DNA of 64,000 nucleotides from a virus (Duplodnaviria; Heunggongvirae; Uroviricota; Caudoviricetes): IMG/VR virus record IMGVR_UViG_3300027631_000003; one strand, 5' to 3'. Shown piece by piece: positions 58,598 to 64,000 of this stretch (position 1 is its first letter; each line of letters starts with the position of its first letter). The notes under the pieces were generated by a model. It saw only the letters and a program-made list of their open reading frames with translations, ran no database searches and was not told where the DNA came from. The position numbers and the translations under genes were made by a program.

Positions 58598-59548
58598 CTA
58601 TTTTGAAACATCTCTAAATAATTGGGGTACAGTACCATATACTGGCAGAACACCATCCCATTTATTAATATATTCTAATTGTAATAATAATGGTGTTAAT
58701 GTTACTTGCTTCATTCTATTTGATTCGGCTTCAGCTTTAGCACTTGTTAACATTGCTTGAGCATTACCTTCAGCAGTTGCTACTTTAATTTTAGCTTGTG
58801 CTTCAGCAGTTTTAACTTCATTCTCTGCTCGTAATGCTGCTTGTACTGCATTATTCTTAGCTTCGATCGAACGTTTAAATGTCTCAGGATAAATTAAATT
58901 AGATGTGAATTGATTAATTGTGAATCCTTCCTTTAATAGCTGTCCATCTAATAATCTACGAACTTCAACTTCAAACACAGCACGATTACTAATTAATTCA
59001 TCAGCAGTGTATTTATTTGTTGCTAATCTAAATGCATCATATACTGCTGTCTTTAGGAATCCTTCTTCAATGTCTTCTAATGGTCTACGATACTTAGCAA
59101 ATATAGAAGGTACTTTATCTCGTTGTACTGAATAATTCATAATAGGAGATACTGAAAATTCGGAGCCATCTTTACTATTTACAATAAATGAATTCTCACC
59201 TTTGTATTCCTTATGTTGAATGAATGTAGGGAATTCGTAAATGCGAGTTGTAATTGGATTGTAGAATACCACACCAGTAACTGCTACTATATCATCTACA
59301 CCTTTATTATCACCATATTGGTTTACTTTAACACCAACATGTCCGGCATCGATTCGTTCACACGATGCCATTAAGAATATTACTACTACTAAAGCGATTA
59401 CGCCTCCTAAAATTGATTTGATCATAACTTTTGTTTTATTTTTTTGCTTTTGAATAAATTCTTGTTCTAATTGATCGATTTCTTCATCGGTTCGATAACG
59501 ATTTTCATCGTTATTATATCGATAATCATATCTTCTAAATGTTGCCAT
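58598..59548 (-). CDS. SPFH/band-7 (prohibitin/HflK-C-like) membrane protein
   Basis: N-terminal TM helix followed by ERIDAGHVGVKVNQYG and a C-terminal Ala/Glu/Lys-rich coiled-coil, matching the SPFH domain architecture. Confidence 0.55.
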   Translation of the reverse strand: MATFRRYDYRYNNDENRYRTDEEIDQLEQEFIQKQKNKTKVMIKSILGGVIALVVVIFLMASCERIDAGHVGVKVNQYGDNKGVDDIVAVTGVVFYNPITTRIYEFPTFIQHKEYKGENSFIVNSKDGSEFSVSPIMNYSVQRDKVPSIFAKYRRPLEDIEEGFLKTAVYDAFRLATNKYTADELISNRAVFEVEVRRLLDGQLLKEGFTINQFTSNLIYPETFKRSIEAKNNAVQAALRAENEVKTAEAQAKIKVATAEGNAQAMLTSAKAEAESNRMKQVTLTPLLLQLEYINKWDGVLPVYGTVPQLFRDVSK

Positions 59549-59551
59549 AAC

Positions 59552-59725
59552 TTATTTTGTTTTATTTGTGAATATTTGATAATTTAAAGCAATTAATCCA
59601 ATTAGATCTAACCCACTTACTATATTAAGTAGTGAATCAGCTGCTGTTAACCCTGGGAATATAACGTTATTTAATAGTAGCATATCACCTAGTAATATAC
59701 ATACTAAATATAATAGTAACTTCAT
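59552..59725 (-). CDS. Small two-TM membrane protein (57 aa; below cutoff)
   Basis: ATG at 59725 overlaps the upstream stop (TAATG). Own translation gives MKLLLYLVCILLGDMLLLNNVIFPGLTAADSLLNIVSGLDLIGLIALNYQIF.... Confidence 0.35.
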   Translation of the reverse strand: MKLLLYLVCILLGDMLLLNNVIFPGLTAADSLLNIVSGLDLIGLIALNYQIFTNKTK

Positions 59726-59985
59726 TATTCGCCTCGATTACCTGCTTTTTGGAATTTCTTATAATCAGGAATACCCTCGAAATTACGTTGCCAATAATCG
59801 AAGTCCTTCTCGCTCATTGGCATTCCGAATACATGATATTCTTTTAATTTGCGATCGCCTTGTGGGATTAATGCAGGTCCGTCTGAATTGTGTAGTTGTT
59901 TTTTACCACCACGATCTAAATAATATCCGATCGTTCCGTCTGCTGTTTTAAATTTACCGTACTTTAATTTATTGTACTTTTCCAT
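59725..59985 (-). CDS. Hypothetical protein
   Basis: 86 aa. Confidence 0.4.
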   Translation of the reverse strand: MEKYNKLKYGKFKTADGTIGYYLDRGGKKQLHNSDGPALIPQGDRKLKEYHVFGMPMSEKDFDYWQRNFEGIPDYKKFQKAGNRGE

Positions 59986-60110
59986 AACTTATTTTTTAAT
60001 GTTCCACTTTTGTTCTAAATAATCGTAATAACGTTGTGTTTTATTTCCATTATATAGGAAATATACTAAATGGATATCGATCCATAATTCAATTTTACGT
60101 AGTAACTGTT

Positions 60111-60836
60111 TCATCTTTTATATGTATTAAATTTAATTTCGCCGTTATCCGTACTAATTTGTTCTAAAATCATATACTGACCTGATGTACCTAAAGTATC
60201 AATGTAGTAGTAACGACCACCTGTTGATTTACCTTCAGTATCAATCTTACCTTGTGTAGTATGACCTACAACTTGGATAAATTGATCACGTAATGTATCA
60301 CGATTTGCTTGTTGTAATGAATAGGGACGAATCCAAATTGGAGATGATATTTTACTATCACCATATGGATCACGGCCTGCGAATGAAAATACATTTGGGG
60401 TATATTCCCATAAATCATTTACTTTCTCTTCAACTGATTCCCATCCTTCCCATTTATTAATCTTTAACCAATCATAACTAACACCAGCATGAGTAAATAA
60501 GAAATCACCCATTTGATAACACATTTGCATGTGTTGTCTATTTTCATATAATAACTGCTCAATGGCGGGTCTTGCCCCACTTTGATATCCTGAATAATAT
60601 TGAGTAACACCACGCATGTAATGGTAATCGTGGTTACCAATCAACATAATTACTTCAGATTGGCCTGATTGTTTCCAATCAATGATTTCCTGAAAGTTAT
60701 GCATCTGCTCAACTGCGGTATTATCAAATGAATCAAAGTAATCACCAATGAATATAACTCGATCTGGAGATTCGCTTGCTACGATTTGCTTCCAATGTGG
60801 GCGACCATGTGTGTCGCCTAATATAACTGTTTTCAT
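60111..60836 (-). CDS. Calcineurin-like metallophosphoesterase (Ser/Thr phosphatase-like)
   Basis: Motifs GDTHG, GDYFD and GNHD are present in canonical order. Confidence 0.75.
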   Translation of the reverse strand: MKTVILGDTHGRPHWKQIVASESPDRVIFIGDYFDSFDNTAVEQMHNFQEIIDWKQSGQSEVIMLIGNHDYHYMRGVTQYYSGYQSGARPAIEQLLYENRQHMQMCYQMGDFLFTHAGVSYDWLKINKWEGWESVEEKVNDLWEYTPNVFSFAGRDPYGDSKISSPIWIRPYSLQQANRDTLRDQFIQVVGHTTQGKIDTEGKSTGGRYYYIDTLGTSGQYMILEQISTDNGEIKFNTYKR

Positions 60837-60838
60837 AA

Positions 60839-61057
60839 CTATATATGTAAATGGTCTTTAATGTTTTGAATATGCTTACACACTTTAGTACGTCCACATT
60901 GGAATGCTAAACAATTACATTTCAATTGGTTATCTTGATTTCGTACTACCTTATAATCTTGGTATTTACCTTTTTTGTCTTTGGATCCCATCACTATATA
61001 AGTGATTGTCCATTTTTCAGTTGGTATCTGTGTTGATTTTGGTCGTCCTCTGGGCAT
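60839..61057 (-). CDS. Small SWIM-type zinc-finger protein
   Basis: CNCLAFQCGRTKVCKH gives CxC...C.....CxH. Confidence 0.45.
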   Translation of the reverse strand: MPRGRPKSTQIPTEKWTITYIVMGSKDKKGKYQDYKVVRNQDNQLKCNCLAFQCGRTKVCKHIQNIKDHLHI

Positions 61058-61202
61058 CTGATAGTTGGTTTTGTAATTGACGTATTTCTAATTGTAACAT
61101 TTTATATTCATTTGAGCGTAGTCCATCTCTACTTGCCAACAATATTCTTGTTGACTGATTGTGTAAATTCATCAGTTGAGTAATTATGGTATTTATTTCC
61201 AC
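61017..61202 (-). CDS. Small hypothetical protein (overlaps neighbour; start uncertain)
   Basis: 61 aa. Confidence 0.3.
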   Translation of the reverse strand: MEINTIITQLMNLHNQSTRILLASRDGLRSNEYKMLQLEIRQLQNQLSDAQRTTKINTDTN

Positions 61203-61210
61203 TGCTCATA

Positions 61211-61405
61211 TTATATACACATATAAATATAATGGGACATATCTCTATGTCCCTTATGTTTTACTTGATATAATTTATCTCGTTTGCCTTTACCTGTTCG
61301 TTGCGTTGTCATTCTAGATATGATGTGACAACTTTCACCTATTGATAATGGTTCCGGTTTGAATTGATCTAAAATTTCTGCAAATGTTAATTTATTCGTT
61401 TTCAT
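61211..61405 (-). CDS. Small hypothetical protein
   Basis: 64 aa. Motif at 61406..61427. Confidence 0.4.
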   Translation of the reverse strand: MKTNKLTFAEILDQFKPEPLSIGESCHIISRMTTQRTGKGKRDKLYQVKHKGHRDMSHYIYMCI

Positions 61406-61427
61406 GATTTAAAGATAATAAGGAAAT
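61406..61427 (-). promoter_or_regulatory. Early promoter-like motif
   Basis: + strand reads gatttaaagataataaggaaat. Confidence 0.55.
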
Positions 61428-61428
61428 C

Positions 61429-62046
61429 TTATTTATCCAAACCTGCTAACTTACCTAAGCGCTCATACATTGAAGCATAGTCACGAGGTACTTCACGGTT
61501 CGCTTCCTCTTCCTCATAATCGTCTATCATTGCTTTATCTCTATCTGATAATGGTTTATTAGGTAATGCTTTATCTTCATCACTTAGATGATCAGTATTA
61601 TCAGGTTCGATTTCATCCATTGCATCTTGAGCACGAGCATAATATTCACTTGCTTTATCAAGGTATAATTTAGTTGCTTGATCATTGATGGTTGGATCCA
61701 TAGCTAATGTTCTATATTCATAGAATTTATCCATTAAAAACTTTATATAATCAGCTGGACTCATTTCATCTTTAGCATCAGGGCCAAATTCTTCTATTAC
61801 TTCATTAATTTCAGATGTTAATGGAGATAATTCATACCAATATAACCAACCTGTATCTTCATCGTAATCATCTATTTCATCTGCTTTTAGACCTAATTTA
61901 GCTAATCCAGTGTTTAATCCATTTAAATCTCTTTGACGATTCCAATATCCAGTTCTGATATATGGTCTTTCACCTTGTAAACGATCAATTTGAGCATTAG
62001 GTTCTAATTCTAAAACGCCTTGTATTTGTTCTGGAGTTAATTTCAT
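61429..62046 (-). CDS. Highly acidic early protein (possible DNA-mimic/anti-restriction type)
   Basis: 205 aa with about a quarter Asp/Glu. Early promoter motif at 62064..62086. Confidence 0.4.
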   Translation of the reverse strand: MKLTPEQIQGVLELEPNAQIDRLQGERPYIRTGYWNRQRDLNGLNTGLAKLGLKADEIDDYDEDTGWLYWYELSPLTSEINEVIEEFGPDAKDEMSPADYIKFLMDKFYEYRTLAMDPTINDQATKLYLDKASEYYARAQDAMDEIEPDNTDHLSDEDKALPNKPLSDRDKAMIDDYEEEEANREVPRDYASMYERLGKLAGLDK

Positions 62047-62063
62047 TTTATTATTTATTCATT

Positions 62064-62086
62064 TGATATAAATATAATCAAGAAAG
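62064..62086 (-). promoter_or_regulatory. Early promoter-like motif
   Basis: + strand reads gatataaatataatcaagaaag. Confidence 0.5.
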
Positions 62087-62125
62087 GGGAACCTAAGTTC
62101 CCCTCAATCAAAATACTAACATTAA

Positions 62126-62296
62126 TTACTTAGCAGCAGCAGTGTCAGTAGCAGCAGTATCAGCAACAACTGTATCAGCAGCAATAGTGTCTACTGTAGT
62201 TGAGTCAGCAGCAGCAGATTCTGTTTTAGAACCACATGATGTGGCTGCTAATGTGATAAATAATGTAACGAATGTTAGTGCGAATAAATTTTTCAT
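62126..62296 (-). CDS. Small lipoprotein (56 aa; below cutoff)
   Basis: Own translation gives MKNLFALTFVTLFITLAATSCGSKTESAAADSTTVDTIAADTVVADTAATDTAAAK. Signal peptide plus Cys in lipobox-like context. The overlapping + ORF 62142..62420 is rejected. Confidence 0.45.
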   Translation of the reverse strand: MKNLFALTFVTLFITLAATSCGSKTESAAADSTTVDTIAADTVVADTAATDTAAAK

Positions 62297-62326
62297 TTTT
62301 ACTTGGTTTTGGTTTATTATAAATAT

Positions 62327-62551
62327 TTACTTTTTATTTGAAGGTATAATTATTATACTCTGTCTACGTTTTATTGTACGAGGTATAATAATTCTGTTAT
62401 ATCTACGGTTAGGTAAATGATATCCATTAACACCCATACGATGGTAAGGTTGTAATCTAGTATTTACACGTCTAACTCCAAATCCAGGAATATAGGTATA
62501 ACAACTCGACGTTATGGTAGCAATCAATAACAATAATATTAATTTTTTCAT
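62327..62551 (-). CDS. Small basic lipoprotein (start at internal Met of ORF 62327..62620)
   Basis: MKKLILLLLIATITSSCYTY... has signal peptide plus Cys. The ORF-track N-terminal extension would overlap the upstream gene end. Confidence 0.45.
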   Translation of the reverse strand: MKKLILLLLIATITSSCYTYIPGFGVRRVNTRLQPYHRMGVNGYHLPNRRYNRIIIPRTIKRRQSIIIIPSNKK

Positions 62552-62576
62552 ATGATTGAATGTAATGAAGACATTT

Positions 62577-63683
62577 TTAAAATCCAATTTTGCGTTTAGA
62601 TTCTTCAGCTTTATATTCAACTTCCTGTAGATTATATATTTCAGTTAATGTCATATCCTCAGTTACAATATGATCCATTCCTAAATGTTTGATTAACTTA
62701 TTTGCGTCGTCGACTTTTAATTTGTCGAATTTGTGTTCAGCAATTAATCTACCTTTACGTAGTAATGCTGTATCAATCTTCTTACGATCCATATTAAACG
62801 TGGCGACTATTTGAATGTTTAATATGTCTCCCAGAATACCGTCAGTTAAGTTGAGTATGTTAGATACACCGTTGGCTGCGTTAGTATCTCGGTCAGTAAT
62901 AACACGTTCAGCGTCTTCAATGAATAGAATCGAATCACTGTTTTCAATTAGAAATGGTGTCATTTCAGGTGAGGTGATGAAATCCACTAGGTATGGTGGA
63001 ACGAACATCACCTTCTTGTCCTTGATTTTAGATGCTAGGTATTTTAAATAATGTGTTTTACCTGTACCTGGCTCGCCATGTAATAGAACTAATCCATTCG
63101 CTTTATTTTTATTTAGCGTTTTAAGTATTTTCTCATGAACAGGCATAAACGATGAACCATAATTATATTCTAATTCTAACTTCTGTTTAGGCAGATCGAA
63201 TGTTTGAGTATCATATCCGTGACGAGTCTGAACAATTAATGATATGTTGTTTTCTTTTGTTTTGTGTTTTTTAAGGATTTTAAATAGATCTTCTCTAAAT
63301 AATTCATACCCACTATCACTTACATTTGAATAAACTAATAATGTACGTTCATTTTCATCTTCCCAATCATCAACTTCACCACTGCCTATTTTCTTAAATG
63401 CATATGGTGATACTTTCAGTACAATCATTAATGTTTCTTTATTCTCATTAACAACTGTTTTACTAAAGTATTTATGTTGACTACGTTTTTTAGGTGTAGA
63501 ATAGTAAGTTGAATACACCTCATTAAAACTCCATCGTTTAAGGAAGTTACTTAAATCATCATTTTTAAATGAATAATCATTAATGCTTTCATAATGGCTA
63601 GGTCCCTTACCAGTTATTTCAACCATTTTATGAGCAACCGGATACTCATTATCTTCAACATTAACGTATGGACCTTTATTCAT
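62577..63683 (-). CDS. AAA+ ATPase (classic AAA module in C-terminal half, unknown N-terminal domain)
   Basis: Walker A LLHGEPGTGKTH, Walker B ILFIEDAE, sensor-1 ATFN, Arg-finger region ALLRKGR. Confidence 0.7.
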   Translation of the reverse strand: MNKGPYVNVEDNEYPVAHKMVEITGKGPSHYESINDYSFKNDDLSNFLKRWSFNEVYSTYYSTPKKRSQHKYFSKTVVNENKETLMIVLKVSPYAFKKIGSGEVDDWEDENERTLLVYSNVSDSGYELFREDLFKILKKHKTKENNISLIVQTRHGYDTQTFDLPKQKLELEYNYGSSFMPVHEKILKTLNKNKANGLVLLHGEPGTGKTHYLKYLASKIKDKKVMFVPPYLVDFITSPEMTPFLIENSDSILFIEDAERVITDRDTNAANGVSNILNLTDGILGDILNIQIVATFNMDRKKIDTALLRKGRLIAEHKFDKLKVDDANKLIKHLGMDHIVTEDMTLTEIYNLQEVEYKAEESKRKIGF

Positions 63684-63943
63684 TATTTGTTATAAAATAT
63701 ATATTGTGGTTTTGAATTTAACATTTTCTTCTCATCTTGCCATTCTATAATCTGATTGACTGCTTCATGCTTATGGATAAATGAATTATAATGTTCTACC
63801 CACATTAGTCCTACACGTTTAGCTGGGGTATAATATGTAACTTGTTTTGTACCCGGCTGAGTATATCTAATTTGGTTTATTTCAATACGATAAGCTGAAC
63901 AACTGCTTAGTAATAATGTTCCTAATATTAGTATTTTTTTCAT
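63683..63943 (-). CDS. Small lipoprotein
   Basis: MKKILILGTLLLSSCSAY... has signal peptide plus lipobox LSSC. Confidence 0.5.
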   Translation of the reverse strand: MKKILILGTLLLSSCSAYRIEINQIRYTQPGTKQVTYYTPAKRVGLMWVEHYNSFIHKHEAVNQIIEWQDEKKMLNSKPQYIFYNK

Positions 63944-64000
63944 TATACAAATCGTTTTATGTGATGATCAAATTCAAATCCTGATTTGATCGGTTGATTA

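Noticed and set aside
62142-62420. Plus-strand 92-aa ORF
   Set aside because: It overlaps a minus-strand ORF encoding a convincing signal-peptide/lipobox protein, in the orientation of every other gene. The plus product is Ala/Val/Ile low-complexity.
1-64000. Exact T4 late promoter TATAAATA as the late signal
   Set aside because: Gene-strand upstream regions of the structural genes show TATATTTATA-type elements rather than TATAAATA at consistent spacing. The T4 consensus itself did not stand out by eye upstream of late genes.
63944-64000. 8-bp inverted repeat GATCAAAT...ATTTGATC at the window edge
   Set aside because: Too close to the window end to place in context. Likely a terminator hairpin of a gene lying beyond the window.

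Overview
This window is a low-GC (about 30% G+C) segment of a T4-like myovirus genome, with every convincing gene on the minus strand. Reading the minus strand, three blocks appear.

- About 62-49.6 kb (minus a 460-bp noncoding gap at 51.8-52.3 kb): many small early-type genes. Most are preceded by one conserved promoter-like motif and a conserved A-rich leader.
- About 47-31.7 kb: a late regulator, baseplate genes and tail genes. I recognise a gp55-like sigma factor, a gp25 wedge protein and a gp6 baseplate-J protein, plus large unassigned structural proteins.
- 31.7-22.4 kb: two giant multi-domain fibre/adhesin proteins with Thr/Pro linkers. They are followed at 22-8.8 kb by DNA primase, free-standing endonucleases, a nucleic-acid end-processing cassette, a dNMP-kinase-like gene, an FAD oxidoreductase and a class-3 lipase.
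- 8.8-0 kb: the head module in T4 order, gp17 terminase, gp20 portal, gp21 protease, gp22 scaffold, and the N-terminal part of the gp23 major capsid protein running off the window.

The features that the gene map does not explain are mostly noncoding:
- A 488-bp intergenic region (48.8-49.3 kb) holds a roughly 70% G+C island of three hairpins and four iteron-like direct repeats. A reverse-orientation copy of the early promoter motif points into the GC-rich island, and a four-AT-hook DNA-binding protein is encoded immediately upstream of the region (49273..49638). I read this as a candidate replication origin or structured RNA locus.
- A 460-bp noncoding region (51.8-52.3 kb) carries five copies of a 16-bp palindrome, TTAGTCATTTGACTAA.
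- A single tRNA-like gene has a non-canonical anticodon loop.
- A translationally coupled Pnk-like / nucleotidyltransferase-HExxH / RecB-like nuclease cassette may be an RNA-repair or counter-defence module.
- Three small lipoprotein genes sit next to an AAA ATPase at the window end.
- A putative late-promoter motif, TATATTTATA, lies upstream of seven structural genes.
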